64,000 bases of DNA from Mobula hypostoma (GCF_963921235.1 NC_086108.1:34784001-34848000), one strand, 5' to 3'; positions 1 through 14,224 are shown, counted from the stretch's first letter. The notes: generated from the letters alone by a model not told the origin. A program made the numbers and translations.

Positions 1-339
1 GAAAACATACATTTAATAGGATCTATATGAATATTTTATAAGGAATACCAAATATTGAGTTGCAATAAGAAATAACTTTTCAAAATAGAGTTTGAGGAAC
101 GTTATCGGTATGTGGCACCTGGGCTTTTCTTTAGTTTTCAGATAAACATATTTCCTTTATGTGAAGTTGCATAACTTATTAAATTAATATTCATTGGATT
201 CTGACCATTAAATATGCATTTTAATCCAATTGCTTTGCACAATTAGAAAAATGAAGGTGCTGCAGTGTCAAGACAAAAGCTGGGCCGGAGGAACAATCAA
301 ATCTTCATGAAGTTGATTATTCACCAATTCTGCTCACCA

Positions 340-2883
340 GACTTGGAAAAGCTTGCAACTAAGTGCTGTCCATTTTACCTGCTATGAGAGATTGCAGTGA
401 TTATTTTGGTAGCAGTGTAAGTTCCACCTCAGGCCAATATCAAACAGGCTCTGGATGATCTTAGCAATGTGATCAACATGCACGAAACAGCACACCCTGA
501 CACCTTCACCATCATTTTGGGGAATTTTAGCCAGGCCAGCGTGAAAAAGTCACTAAATAATTACCATCAACAAATCACTTGTAGTACAAGAGGAAACAAC
601 ACACTGGACCACTGTTACACTAAGATCAAGAGTGCTTGCCATGCTCTACCATGCCCACACTTTGGAAAGTCTGATCACCTGGCTGTACTTCTGCTCCCTG
701 AGTATAGGCAGAGACTGAAGACTGCTGCACCAGTAGTGAGGACCAAGAAGGTATGAACATAGGGAGCACAGGAGCACCTATAGGACTGCTTTGAATCGGT
801 GGACTGGACAGTAATCAGGGATTCATCTTTGAATCTGGTTGAGTATGCTGCAGTTATTACAGACTTCATTAAAACCTCTATGAATGAGTGTGTGCCTACA
901 AAACCTTGCTGTACATTCTCAAACCAAAAGCCATGGATGAACCAGGAGGTTTGTTGTGTTCTGAGGGCTAGATCTGTAACATTCAAGTCTGGCAACCAAG
1001 GCCTGTGCAAGAAAACTATGTATGACTTGTGGAAGGCTATTTCAAGAGTGAAGAGACAACTCCAAGTGAGGTTGGAGGCGACATTGGATGCATGTCAACC
1101 TTGGCAGGGTTTACAGAAAGTTACTTCCCATAAGACGAAACGCAATAGCATGAATGGCAGCAATGTTTCACTACCAAATGAGCTCAATGCCTTCTATGTC
1201 TGCTTTGAAAGGGAGAATATAACTACAGCCGTGAAGATCCCTGCTGAACCTGGTGACCCTGTGGCCTCTGTCTGAGAGGCCAATGACAGGATATCTTTCA
1301 GCAGGGTGAACCCTCGCAAGACAGCAGGTCCCAATGGAGGACCTGGTAAGGCTTTGAAAACTTGTGCCAACTAACTGGCGGGAGTGTTCAAGGACATTTT
1401 CAACCTCTCATTGCTACCGTCAGACGTTCCCAACTGCTTCAAAAAGGCAACAATTATGCCTGTGCATAAGAAGAGTAGCGTGAGCTGCCTTAATGACTAT
1501 CATCCAGTAGCACTCACATCTACAGTGATGGAATGCTCTGAGAGGTTGGTCATGGCTGGAATGAACTCCTACCTCATCAAGGACCTGGACTCACTGCAAT
1601 TTGACTATCACCACAGCTGGTCTATGGCAGACGCGATCTCATTTGCCCTTCAAACAACCTTTCATCACCTGGGCAATACAAACACCTATGTCAAGATACA
1701 GCACAGATGTTTGGTGACTATAGCTCAGGGTTTAACACCATCATTCCTACAGTCCTAATCGATATGCTACCGAACCTGGACCTCTATACCTCTGTTTGCA
1801 TTTGGATCCTAGACTTCCAAACTGGAAGACCAGAATCTGTGTGGATAGGTATTAATAGATCCTCCTCGCTGATGATCAACACTGGTGCACCTCAGGGGTG
1901 TGGGCTAAGCCCACTGCTGTACACTCTCTACACTCATGACTGTGTGGCTAGGCACAGTCAAATGCCACGTATAAATTTGCTCATGATACACCCATTTTTG
2001 GCAGAATCTCAGATGGAGACGAGCGGGAGTAGAGGAACGAGATATACCGGCTGGTTGAGTGGTGCCACAACAACGACCTTGCACTCAATGTCAGCAAGAC
2101 CAAAGAGCTGATTATGGTGATCAGAAAGAGGAGGATGAGCCAACATGAACCAATCCTTATAGAGAGATCAGAAATGGAGAGAGTGAGCAATTTCTAATTC
2201 CTGGTTGTCAAGATCTCTGAGGATCTAACCTGGTCCCAACATATCGATGCAGCTATAAAGAAGGCAAGACAGCAGCTTTATTTGATTAAGAGATTTGGTT
2301 TGTCACCAAAGACACTCGGAAACCTCTACAGTTGTACCGTAGAGAACATTGTGATAGGCCGTATCATAGTTTGGTATGGGGATGTAGGGGGGAGAGACTA
2401 TTGCACAGGATCAAAAGTTACAGAAAGTAGTAAAATTAGTCAGCTCCATCTTGGGTACTAGCCTCCATAGTCTCCAGGCCATCTTCTGATATCTCAGAAA
2501 GTTGGCATCCATCATTAAGGAGCCCCACCACCCAGGACATGCCCTCTTCTCATTGTTACCATCAGGGAGGAGGTACAGAAGCCTGAAGGCACACACTCAG
2601 CGATTCAGGAACAGCTTCTTCCCCTCTACCATCCAATTCCCAAATGGATATTGAACCCATGAACACTACCTCACTTTTATTATTTCTGTTTTTGCACTAT
2701 TTTTAATTTAACTATTTAACATAGATCTATATATATATATACTTACTGTAATTGATTTACTTATTTTATTCTTTTCTATATTATCATGTATACAGTATGT
2801 TGTACTGCTGCCGCTAAGTTAACAAATTTCACGACATATGCCGGGGATATTAAACCTGATTCTGATTCTGACTCTGATTCTGA
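340..2883 (+). mobile_element. Degenerate 5'-truncated Rex1/Babar-like LINE (APE + RT)
   Basis: Broken ORFs 469-2111 with [28 protein letters not shown] and [14 protein letters not shown]; 3' tail of (TCTGAT)n. Confidence 0.8.
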
Positions 2884-3077
2884 AACGTGGCAGAAAAGCA
2901 AAATGCTGCAGATGCTGGAAATCGGCAATTAATACTGATAGATTCTTGCAACAGATCAGGCTACATTTGTGGTTAATGAATCTTTAGTCAGAACTTCTTT
3001 GGCCTTAGTAACAGCATGTTTCTGGATGCTTCTGATGGGAATAAATGGATGCAAAAGTTGCCGTGACATTAGATTTT

Positions 3078-3885
3078 TCATAGTCATAGTCATAGTCATA
3101 CTTTATTGATCCTGGGGGAAATTGGTTTTCGTTACAGTTGCACCATAAATAGTAAATAGTAATAGAACCATAAATAGTTAAATAGTAATATGTAAATTAT
3201 GCCAGTGAATTATGAAATAAGTCCAGGACCAGCCTATTGGCTCAGGGTGTCTGACCCTCCAGGGGAGGAGTTGTAAAGTTTGATGGCCACAGGCAGGAAT
3301 GACTTCCTATGACGCTCTGTGTTGCATCTTGGTGGAATGAGTCTCTGGCTGAATGTACTCCTGTGCCTACCCAGTACATTATGTAGTGGATGGGAGACAT
3401 TGACCAACATGGCATGCAACTTAGACAGCATCCTCTTTTCAAACACCACCGTCAGAGAGTCCAGTTCCATCCCCACAACATCACTGGCCTTACGAATGAG
3501 TTTGCTGATTCTGTTGGTGTCTGCTACCCTCAGCCTGCTGCCCCAGCACACAACAGCAAACATGATAGCACTGGCCACCACAGACTCGTAGAACATCCTC
3601 AGCATCGTTTGGCGGATGTTAAAGGACCTCAGTCTCCTCAGGAAATACAGACGGCTCTGACCCTTCTTGTAGACAGCCTCAGTGTTCTTTGACCAGTCCA
3701 GTTTATTGTCAATTCATATCCCCAGGTATTTGTAATCCTCCACCATGTCCACACTGACCCCCTGGATGGAAACAGGGGTCACCGGTACCTTAGCTCTCCT
3801 CAGGTCTACCACCAGCTCCTTAGTCTTTTTCACATTAAGCTGCAGATAATTCTGCTCACACCATGTGACAAAGTTTCCTACCGCT
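3078..3885 (-). mobile_element. 3' fragment of a younger Rex1/Babar-like LINE
   Basis: Minus-strand ORFs with LQLNVKKTKELVVD, YKYLG and TERHRKSFLPVAIKLYN; (CTATGA)n tail at about 3078-3100. Confidence 0.8.
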
Positions 3886-4020
3886 AGTTGGCTAGTATCA
3901 CTGACATTAAAGTATTTGAAGAGTTGGCCTCTGAGGATAGTGTCAGCCTTGTCTATTGCACTCCATGACATAAGACTGTGGACTTTCTAATGGGCATTCT
4001 ATTGTTCTCATTCCTCACAG

Positions 4021-4129
4021 GATATTCTACGTATCACATGACTCCCAGGACCTCAAGATTTTCAGTTACATTGCCAGAGATGGTTCCAGCAATGTTTTCA
4101 GATGCAACGTCTTCAAATCTAAGAAGAAG
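4021..4129 (+). CDS. NOS1AP: Internal coding exon of NOS1AP/CAPON (or paralogue), PTB-domain segment
   Basis: Acceptor ttctcattcctcacag and donor AAG|gtaact. 109 nt, translating (R)[36 protein letters not shown], nearly identical to the vertebrate NOS1AP PTB segment as I recall it. Ends in phase 0. Confidence 0.95.
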
Positions 4130-4608
4130 GTAACTTTTACACGATGGATACTCATTTATATGCAAAGTTAAAATAAGCCATGTTGTTCAATTGACTAATA
4201 GTAGTGTTTAAGCAGCATTAAAGCCCCTTTTGTATCTTGTATCAACATAACCTTCTATTCCTTTCTCCATTATGTACTTCCTAGCTTCCTCTTCAATACA
4301 TCAACATCGTTTGCCTCAGTAAGTTTGTGTGGTAGTGTGTTCCTGTTTCTGATCTTCCCCCAGGTTGAAGCATCACAGCAATCAAATGCTTCATATCCTA
4401 AAAAGTTCTGTCAGGTCACCCATCCATTTTTTTTCTTGCATGAAGAGCAACCTGCTCTCCCATGAATCTTTTACCTTTTTTAAAGGGAATTTTCATCCCC
4501 AAACCCCACAGATCTGCTCCATTGGTCAATATTTGTTTCAGATACTGCATAGGCCTGGTTTCCAGAACATTCTTGTTCTTTTTCTTCGCTCTACTCCTTG
4601 ACTGGTTT

Positions 4609-4902
4609 GGGCACATGGCCAAGTGGTTAAGGCATCGTACTAGCGACCTGAAGGTCATGAGTTCGAGCCCCAGCCGAGGCAATGTGTTGTGTCCTTGAGC
4701 AAGGACACAATGACACCGGTGCCAAGCTGTATGGGTCCTAATGCCCTTCCCTTGGACAACATCGGTGTCATGGAGAGGGGAGTCTTGCAGCATGGGCAAC
4801 TGCTGGTCTTCCATACAACCTTGCCCAGGCCTGCGCCCTGGAGAGTGAAGACTTTCCAGGCACAGATCCATGGTCTCGCAAGACTAACGGATGCCTTCCC
4901 TG
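4609..4902 (+). mobile_element. tRNA-derived SINE
   Basis: A box TGGCCAAGTGG, B box GAGTTCGAGCC, CORE-like TGTGTCCTTGAGCAAG; direct repeat ACTCCTTGAC at 4593-4602 and 4903-4912. Confidence 0.8.
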
Positions 4903-5029
4903 ACTCCTTGACCACCTTCAGTATGCTGTGAGGGAATGGAGGGAGGTGTGAAGGGGGAGGGCAATCAACAGCACTATATCTGCACTCTCCAATAACAAAG
5001 TAGGGAGCTTACACCATAATATTACTCTC

Positions 5030-6250
5030 CTTGCTGTTCGTAATGTGCCCAGAGTACCATAATGAAGCCAACATCCCTGTCACCTATAAGAATAGCATTC
5101 CCTTTTCATAGTTGCTTCATCATCACCATATCTGTTCCCTGGATGAGGTTTTCCTTTCCGGAAAATCAGAGATGTCTTCCTTCAAAAAATATGATTTCCC
5201 TTCCTTCATAATTAACACTGTTCTCACCCACATCTCCTTCATTTCCTGAACATTCACCATCACCCCATCTTCCCGCCACCTTAACAGGGATAGAGTTCCT
5301 CTTGACCTCACCTACCACTGCATTCAGCACATCATTCTCCACAACTTTCGCCATCTGCAACGGAATCCTACCACCAAATACATTCTTACCTCACCCCCCC
5401 CACAACTCTCCACTTTCCGCAGGGATTGCTCTCTCTATGATTCCCTTATCCATTCATCCTTTCTTGCACTTATCCTTCCACCTGCCCTTTCATCTCCTCC
5501 TTTTACCTCCATTCCGGATCCCAAACAGTCCTTCTAAGTGAGGCAGCACTTCACCTGCAGATCTTTTGGGGTTGTCTGCTATATCCGGTGCTCCCAATAC
5601 AGCCTTCCCCACACTGGTGAGATCCAGTGTAGGCTGGAGGGCGGCTTTGTCGAACACCTTCACTCCAACTGCAACAAGCAGGATTTCACAGTGACCAGCA
5701 ATTTTGATTCCAAGCTGCATTCCCTTCCTGACATATCGGTCTACGGTCTCCTCTACTGCCACAATGAGGCCACTCTCAGACTGGAGTGGAAAACACCTCA
5801 TATTCTCACTCGGTAGCCTCCAACATGATGGCATGAACATCAATTTCTCTTAACTCCAAATAATTTTTTCCCCTTCCCCTTCCCTCCTCTTTCATTCCCC
5901 ACTCAAGATCTCCTCTTACCTCTTCCCTTCACCTCATCTGCCTATCACCTCCCCCGGTGCCCCTTCCCCTTCCCCTTCTCCCATGGTCCACTCTTCTCTC
6001 CTATCAGATTCCCTCTTCAGCCCTTTTCCTTTTCAACCTCTCAGCTTGTCACTTGCCCCCTACCCCACCCAGCTGGCTTCATCTATCACCTACCAGCTTG
6101 TGCTCCTTCCCCTACCCCACCTTCTTTATCTGGCTTCTGCCCCCTTCCTTTCCAGTCTTGATGAAAGGTCTCAGAATGAAACGTCAGCTATCTAATCCTT
6201 TCCATGGACGTTATCTGACCTACTGAGTTCCTCCAGCATTTTGTATGTGT
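5030..6250 (+). mobile_element. Degenerate Penelope-like element, 3' part (GIY-YIG region + terminal repeat)
   Basis: RQHFTCRSFGVVCYIRC...GEIQCRL...FVEH resembles a decayed GIY-YIG endonuclease; pyrimidine-rich tail with a mutated hammerhead core near 6153-6190. Confidence 0.8.
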
Positions 6251-7740
6251 AAATGAAAGTGATGGAAATACCCAGGTAACATTTATCACCCTGAGAGTCC
6301 CTTGCCGCATCCAGAGCATGTCCAAACTGCTGAAAACTTAGGCATTTTCCGTTCTTGTTTTTGATTCAAAGCATCTGCAGTATTTTCCTCTTCTATCTCT
6401 ATAAAGGTGCAGGTTCATCTTCCAATGGACAATCATCAAAATGATGCCAGCTTCATAACAACAGCATCTACATACGAATATAGAGTATACCAAGCTCAAA
6501 GCAATTACCCTATGGCTTTCCTGCTGGAAAATGGAATGCTCTGTGTTGAATATCCACTGGAATGTTAAGATGTTTCCTGGGAATATACAACTTTTTTAAA
6601 AAAATTATAATATTTTTGTGGTTATGAAATTCCTGGAGTGATTTAAAGGAAATCCAATTTGACTGTGTGATTTGGCCCAGCTTATGACTTGTGCTTTGTT
6701 CCAGCACTGTTGCTGTGGCAACAGTATTTTTCAAGCCACGAACAAGGTCAATCTCCATTGAGAGAGCCCTTCATGGTATTACAGATGAATCCACATTTTC
6801 TGGATTCTAAATAACATCAGCACCTTTAACGTGCCTTAACTCTATACTCAGAAGAGTGTGGAACGATCCAAGCTTTGTTTTGGGGCATTTGAAAATAGAG
6901 GATTAGATAGTAGAATGTGTAGAGATTATACCCAAAAGTGGCCACAAGATTCATAGCGGTGAGAAGAAGGTAGTGGAGTTTGTGTTGAATGTCACTGACC
7001 TGGCAGTGCAGCCCTGAACCTTGTCTTCAAATAGCCGGTGTATATCTCCTATACCTCCAGCAATTCTTGTATTCACTTCTGATTTCCAGAAGACACTGCA
7101 TTATTTCCAGATTTACATCTGGCACGAGATTAATATGGTGGGCATTATTTCTAAACAGGATGGAGGAATCGAGGACTAGAGATCAATGGGTATATAGGGG
7201 AAGTGAAGTATGACATGTGTGAATCGTCTATTACACAGTTGGATTGCCTTGCCTGCAGATGTGGTGAAGGCTGGTTCCATGGTGACCATCCGTATGGAAC
7301 TCAATAAATACATGGTGGGAGAAATTTTCAATGGTTCCTATGTGGAACTAATAAGTTGCTCTGGTAGGGAGCCGGTATGGACACGATGGGCTGAATGTCC
7401 TCTTTTGCTGTAATCATTCTATGATTCTAAAGTGTACCAAGCAAAACCTAGTTCACCAAATGGATGGTTTTTAAAAAATGCAAGAAGGAATGGAGAGAAA
7501 GAAGAAATGCTTTCTGAAAATGATCAAATAGTCACGTTGTGATTACAAGAGGGAATTGGATTTGAGCCTGAACTATATCGGAAATCATAACACCTTAAAA
7601 CATACAAGCAGAATTAGGCTGTTCAGTCTTTGGCGCCTGCTCCGCCATTCGATCATAGCTGACCCATTTCCTTCTCAACCCCATTCTCCAGCCTTCTCCC
7701 CAATAAGAACATAATACATAGGAGCAAAATTAAATCCCAA

Positions 7741-7920
7741 ACACGAGGAAATCTGCAGGTGCTGGAAATTCAAGCAACACACACAAAAAATGCTGGTGAA
7801 CACAGCAGGCCAGGCAGCATCTATGGGAAGAGGTGCAGTCGAGGTTTCAGGCCGAGACCCTTTGTCAGGACTAACTGAAAGAAGAGATAGTAAGAGTAGT
7901 TCACCTGCTGCGTTCACCAG
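7741..7920 (-). mobile_element. Short Penelope terminal-repeat insertion with a small inverted tail
   Basis: Same terminal sequence as the 28511 element; 13 bp TSD AATTAAATCCCAA at 7728-7740 and 7921-7933. Confidence 0.85.
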
Positions 7921-9369
7921 AATTAAATCCCAACTTGTTTTTTCTTAGGGAGAAGGGAGAACAAAAGATGGTAAACAAGTTCCTGAATATCATTACTAAT
8001 TTAATATCGAATGTAATAACTCTGCAGGTTTTGTTTGATATTGACTGTTGCTCGATCAGTGTGTAGCTTTGTGCCTTCCTTGTTTCTAGTTGCTCACCAG
8101 TTTAGAGCAAGTGTCTTGTGAAAACTGCAGTTATGAAGCACCCTCTTTGACCTGCTCTTCTCCCCTTGCGTAGGTAGTATTGTGGTAGGGCGGCAAAAAG
8201 GGAAAACAGTGAAGAAAGGATCATAGCTGAATTCAGGAGAAATGGAAAATTAGTGACATCTTTCATTCCTCCCTCCTTGGCTTTTCTCACAAACCTCATC
8301 CCTCCTGTCCCCTCCAATATGCTCACCTTTCACCTCACATTCCCAGCTGAAGTTGGTTGAGGAAAAAGCCCATACAGAGAGGCAAGACAGATGTCTTGGA
8401 GGTGATATTAAAGCCATTCCCATTTGAAATATTACTTTCAAATTATGGAGTATGATCCCATAAAGTAATAAAGTAATTAAATAAATAAAAATTGACTGAA
8501 TTACTTCTATCTGGAAGGGGACATTTGATCAGGAAATTGGCAGTGCTTTACCATCATTTCTAGTTTAGACAAATTGGATCCATTACCTTTTTTTGTCATT
8601 AAAGAAAATTGCAAATTAAAGGCAAGAAAATAAAATCAGAAAGACAAGAGAAAATCATTTACTAAAAGCCTGTTAGGTTATGTAAAGCAAAATCCAGTCA
8701 TGAACAATGGAACACAAAACCTCAGTGAGTTTTGAAATAATATACAGATTTTGGCAAAAAAAATGGAAGTCAAACTTGTTAGTAACGTAGCAAGGAATAC
8801 TGCGACTAGGTATGGTAAAAGGGCAAAGATCTTCCCAGTCTGATAACTATTACTACATTCTGCATATTCAATACAATTACAATTGAAGTACTGTCTGATC
8901 TTGTAAATATTGCCCTTTAACAAGCAGTTCCTTTTGAGAAGATTCGATTTGCTTTGAGGAGGTAGTTGTCTTCAGTTTCAGTTTGATCAGATGTGTTAGC
9001 CAACTACAAAAAGAATAATAAACCTCTCTCTGTCTTTGAAGAGCCTTCAAGCATTTGAGGTGAAGGCACTAATAAAGAGAACACAGATCTTTAAAAAATT
9101 TTTTGTTCTTTCCTTATAAACTGGCTGCTCCCTCTGCTGCACCATATTAAACATGATTGCTGGATAACTTGTTCCACTAGGGCTAAAATTGAGCTGTTTT
9201 GTGTCAGTATGAAGGTGCTTTGCAGGAATCTTAGTGTTCAAGTTGTCGTATATTTTGAGTTACGAAATTAATTAATGAATTAACTGACACAAAATGGCTG
9301 ACAGAGGTGGACAGTGCTCTCTGAAAGGATGACAAAAGCACATTCTACAGTTACTTTCAGAAAGGACTT

Positions 9370-9885
9370 GGATAGATAGCATCCTGTCTGGATGTATCAA
9401 AGTTTGGAATGGCAGCTGCTCTGCACAAGACCCAAGAAACTGCAGAGGGTTGTGAATTTTCAAGTCTAACATGAAAACCAGCCTCCGCTCCATTGACATT
9501 GTCTACACTTGCTGCTGCCTTGGGAAAGCAGCCAACATAATCAAGGACCCCTCCCACCCTGGTCATTCTCTCTTCATTTCCCCTCCCATCAGGCAGCTTG
9601 ATGTAACGTACTACCAGTATCAAGTACAGCATCTATCCATTCTGTTACAAAACTCTCAAGCAGACCTCTTAGACGATAAAGATGAACTCTCAATCTACCT
9701 TGTCATGTCCCTCGCTCTTTATTTATCTACTGTACCTGCACTGGATTTCCTCTGCAAATCTAACACTATATTCTAGATTCTGATTTTGGTTTTGCTTTTG
9801 CATGACTTCAGCATACTTGTGTATTGAATGATCTATCAGGATTGCAAGCTTTTCACGGTATCTTGGTACATGTGACAATAATAAA
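9370..9885 (+). mobile_element. Old Rex-Babar-like LINE 3' fragment
   Basis: KAANIIKDPSHPGHSLF motif shared with the other Rex-like copies; decayed AATAAA-type tail. Confidence 0.65.
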
Positions 9886-10452
9886 ACCAAACAACGTGCA
9901 GATACAGCAAAAGAAGGTAGGAATGGTGCTCATTGGAATGCTCTCCAGACGTACTGACACAGGCATAATGGCTGAGTAGCATTATTGCTTATCAGGTGAT
10001 GCAATTTGTAAAACTACACGGATGCTGCACCTTCCGGGAATTTTATAAATACAATTTTGAATAGTTCTAATCATAATAACTGAAAATGGCAGCTGTTGCA
10101 AAGTTGTCACAGGATAAAATTTAATCCCGCTTTGAAAAATTCTGAAGTATTTTCTGTCATATTCCTGTGTAGTTCAACAGCATTGCAAATTGCAAGGAGG
10201 TTTTGCAGTGTAATTTAAATCAGCCTCTAAAGCATTTCCACATGCAGACACCAGTTTATGACCACTAACCAACGGCAAAAATTCAACCTTTCATGCTCCC
10301 ATTCTTCGATTTTCTTTTAAAAAATCAATTCTGATATTAATTATTCTTTTTTTAAAAAAAAGAGAAATACTTTAGGATACAGCACACTCTGAAGGGAATG
10401 TTGAAAACACAGACTGGAAATCTTTGAGCAGCACACGTAGAGTGCTGGCGGA

Positions 10453-10743
10453 GGGTGCCTCGGTACAGTAGAGATTAGCGCAACAGCTTGCGGCGTTGGA
10501 GTTCAGAGTTCAATTATGGTGCCATTTATATGGAATTTGTATGTCCTCACCATGAATGTGGATGCTTTGATCTCCTCCTATATTCCAAAGATGTGCCGCT
10601 TAGTAGGTTAATTGCTCATCGTAAATTGTCCTGTGATTAGACTAGGGTTAAATAGGTTGGTTGCTGGGCGGTGTGGCCCATTGGTCTGGGAAGGCCTGTT
10701 CCCCACTGTATCTCCAAATAAAAATAAGTAAAATAAAATAAAT
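10453..10743 (+). mobile_element. V-SINE/HE1-like SINE nested in the Penelope copy
   Basis: Decayed tRNA head, V-domain-like CCAAAGATGTGC..TTAGTAGGTTAATTG..GTAAATTGTCC, CR1-type 3' end GAAGGCCTGTT and (TAAAA)n tail. Confidence 0.7.
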
Positions 10744-10776
10744 TCAGCAAGTCAGGCAGTGAGGGAGGGAAATAAA

Positions 10777-10814
10777 CAGTTGATGTTTCGGGCTGAGACC
10801 TTTCATCAGAACTG
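10777..10814 (-). ncRNA. Hammerhead ribozyme motif, partly decayed
   Basis: Minus strand CAGTT-CTGATGA-AAGGTCTCAGCCC-GAAAC-ATC-AACTG: core and 5 bp helix I intact, ACGT palindrome lost. Confidence 0.6.
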
Positions 10815-13800
10815 GAAAGGTAGGGGACAGAGGCCGGAGAGCCGATACTGAATTGGGGACAGCTTTATGAACACCTTCGCTCTGTTCACTGTAAAAGGCC
10901 AGGATCTCCTAGTGGCCATCCATTTCAATTTGACTTGGCATTCCCATTCTGACATGTCTGTCCATGGTCTCCTGTACTGCATGATGAGCCCAAACTCAGG
11001 CTGGAGGAGCGATACCTCATATTCTGTCTGTGTAGTCTCCCATCAATGGACGGCATGAACTTTGATTTGTCAAACTTCTGGTGATTTCTCCATTTTTCCA
11101 TTCCCCATTCTGGTTACCCTCGCACTTCCTCTGTCTTCCTCTTCTGCCTATTAACTCTCTCTAGTTCACCTGCTCCCTCCCTGTTTTCCATGGTCCACCA
11201 TCCTCAGCCCGAAACATCAACTGTATTCTTTTCCATAGATGCTGCTTGGCCTACTGAGTTCCTCCAACATTTTGTGTGCATTGCTTGGATTTCCTGCATC
11301 TGCAGATTTTCTCTTGTTTGTGATTAAATAACTCAGAAAGTTAAAGGAATAACAAGGTAATGTCATGCGGAAGAAAATTTCGGAATTGTTAAGCGTGAGT
11401 ACTTCTTCCCCAATGGTAGCAATAAGAAGAAGTAGCTGGAATCTTTTTTACGGGAGTTGAAATGTCCAGTGCAAGAGGGCATGCATTGAGGGTGGAAAAG
11501 GGTAAGTTCAAAGAAGATAATTTGACACAGGCAATGGTGAGTGTCTGGAATGAATGGGTTGCTAGGTGCGGGGATGGAAACAGATACAGAGGCATTTAAG
11601 AGGCTCTAGGACAGGCACGTGACTGTGTAGAGAATGGAGAGATATGGACTATGTGCATACAGAAGGGGCTGTGTCATTATTTAATTAGATTGGCACAACA
11701 TCATTAACCAAGGGGCCTGTTCCCGTGCTGTACTGTTCTACGTTTTGCCAGCAGAGGTTAACTGTAGTTCCAGAGGTCCTGGTACATGTCTCGATGACGC
11801 ACTGCAATCAATAGTACAAAAACCCTTACAGTGCTTGGTCTTCCACAGCCATTAGGAATGCTGAAAATGCCTTCATTATTCAATTGAATGATGTGTTTCT
11901 TGTACCTAGTTTTTTGTACCCAGAAATCAGAAGTTTTCAAAGAAAATGGGAGAAGCCTTTTATTTTGGTGCATCTGTGATTTTCTCCAGTATTGGTCATG
12001 CTTGCTTTCAATGATCTGTGGAAACCTAAGCTGGACCATTGCTCAGTGTATGATGGTCTGCACCTCAAGCCTTCCACACGGATTCTTATTGAAGGTGCAA
12101 TTTACAGAACATTGAGAGACGGCTCAGCATAAATTCAAGCCTGAGCTCCAGTCTAATCCACTTGTGTACATTATAGTAAGACAAACATGAGTGTGATCTC
12201 CTCTGGAGATCAGATTCAGATACAGTACAGAGTCTCATTTTCCACAGAACAATTAAAATACTCACTGCACTTATCAATGTGTTGATGAGTTCAAAAGGAA
12301 ATAACAGAATGAAAGGATTTGGAATTGGCTGAAATTCGGCAGAATGTCATTTCTTACCTATAAAGTATGCATAATGGCTGTTCGACAAAACACTTTTAGT
12401 TAAGCAATTAGGCTTCAATCACTTTTAAACAATGCAACAACTTTCCCCTTTATAAGTTCAGTATCTTCTACCACCCAGACTAGTATTTAAGCCATTTCTT
12501 TTAAATAATTATTCAATCCCATCTTGTCCATGGCATCTTTTTCTACCTCTTTGAAACATGAATAAACTGCGTTTACTTGCTGTTATTAATGTGACCGGTT
12601 GCCTTAATAGATGAGTAAATTATAGAGAGAGGTTTCTGCAGCATTCATTAAAAGGAACTGAATTAATGCCGGCTAAGGCAAATCACATCAACTTTGGCCT
12701 TAATGATCGCAAAGCCAATTCAGCCGGTCAGCGGGAAACAGAATTGCTTTCTTTGTTGAGGGCAATTGCTAATCCAGTTTGGATATCAGGATATAACCTG
12801 TGTATGATACAATATATAATTCTGAAATGGTTGAGACTGGGATGAAAAAGATCGAAGTGGATGATTTTAGTCTTGATAGGCTGAAACATGACCAGGTCAG
12901 GATCCAAACAAGTACATCCTATAATTTCCAGAGACACCAGACAAAATATGATTCTTGGAAAATTGTGCTTGGGAATTTCTCATGAGCTGATTCTGCTCAT
13001 GGAGCATGTGATAGAATCTTGCTCACACCTTGCTCTGGCAGTGGTACACAGACATCTTCAAGGATGTGGAAGACCTTCAAAGAATATAAAAGCCCAAAGC
13101 ATTCAAAACCTTTGGCCCCAACAATGGAGGGAGTAGAAGTTACTGATGGGGTGCTTTGTTGTAGTTGGTCTCAAGCTTGGAGCTGTACTCCTGACATGTC
13201 ACATATAGATGGTGGGAGGGCTCTCTAAAATGGGGAGTGAGACACACGGCCCAGGGACCTATCTCTAACCTGATGTAACTGGCCTATTTAAGCATCTAGT
13301 CAATGGTGAGCCATGATGGGGATGGTGAGTGATTCAGTGATGATACTATAATGAAAGTTAGATGGCAAATGCTGACACATGTCTGGTAGGAATATAATAT
13401 GCAGCTTACAAGCCCATGCCTGAATGTTACTGTATTTGGATGGGGACTGTTTCATTATCTGAGAAGATGTGTTTCCCTCCATTACCACAATAATTGCACT
13501 TCCATCAGTTATTGACTACGAAGTGCTTTGGAACATTCTGAGCTTGTGAAAGGAAACTTATTATAACTGCAAGGTCCTTTTTTCCATCAGCATGAACCAT
13601 GCCTGAGGAAATCTGTATTAGTTAAGGAATTGAAAAATTGAAAGGCTTGATGATAGAATTCATCTACATTGTACGGAGTGAAGCATATGAACCTAAGAGT
13701 CTGATGATTAAATCACTTCCTTATTTTTCACTCTCCTCCTCCACACTATATACATCATATTCTTTTTCTACCGTCAGCATTATAAACAAGTCATGCAATT

Positions 13801-14224
13801 GTATGAATCAGGAGCAAGTGTGGAACCAATCAGTGCCTCAGAGCCATTTGCTGATCTAATTTAATCTTAACTCTGCATTCCCATCTCCTCTCTGATAACC
13901 ATACACTCACTCAGATCAGAAAGATATTTACTTCTACCTTAAAAATATTCAAAGGCTCTGCTTCCATCCTCCTTTGTGGAAGAGAGTTCCAAAATCCACA
14001 TTGTAATCTGAGAGAGGAAACTTTGCTTCATCTCTGTTGTAGTTGTAAATGGGTGACCACTTGTCTGTAAATAGTGACCCCAATTCTGTATACTTCCACC
14101 AAAGAAGACATTTTATCCACCCCACACCCTGCCAAAATTCATCAGAATCTTATATGGTTTAATTGTCCATTATCACTCTTCTAAATGCCATTGGATACAA
14201 GCCTAACCTGCCCAGTCTGTTTAC

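Larger units (their letters stand above)
10405..11325. mobile_element. Older Penelope-like insertion with inverted terminal segment, interrupted by a SINE
   Basis: Minus-oriented terminal repeat at about 10405-10835, then a plus-oriented GIY-YIG tail (QDLLVAIHFN...HSHSDMSVHGLLYC) and terminal repeat to about 11322. Confidence 0.75.

Noticed and set aside
4609..4680. tRNA gene
   Set aside because: The tRNA-like head continues into a SINE body with flanking repeats and has no T-run terminator. The same applies to 19540-19611.
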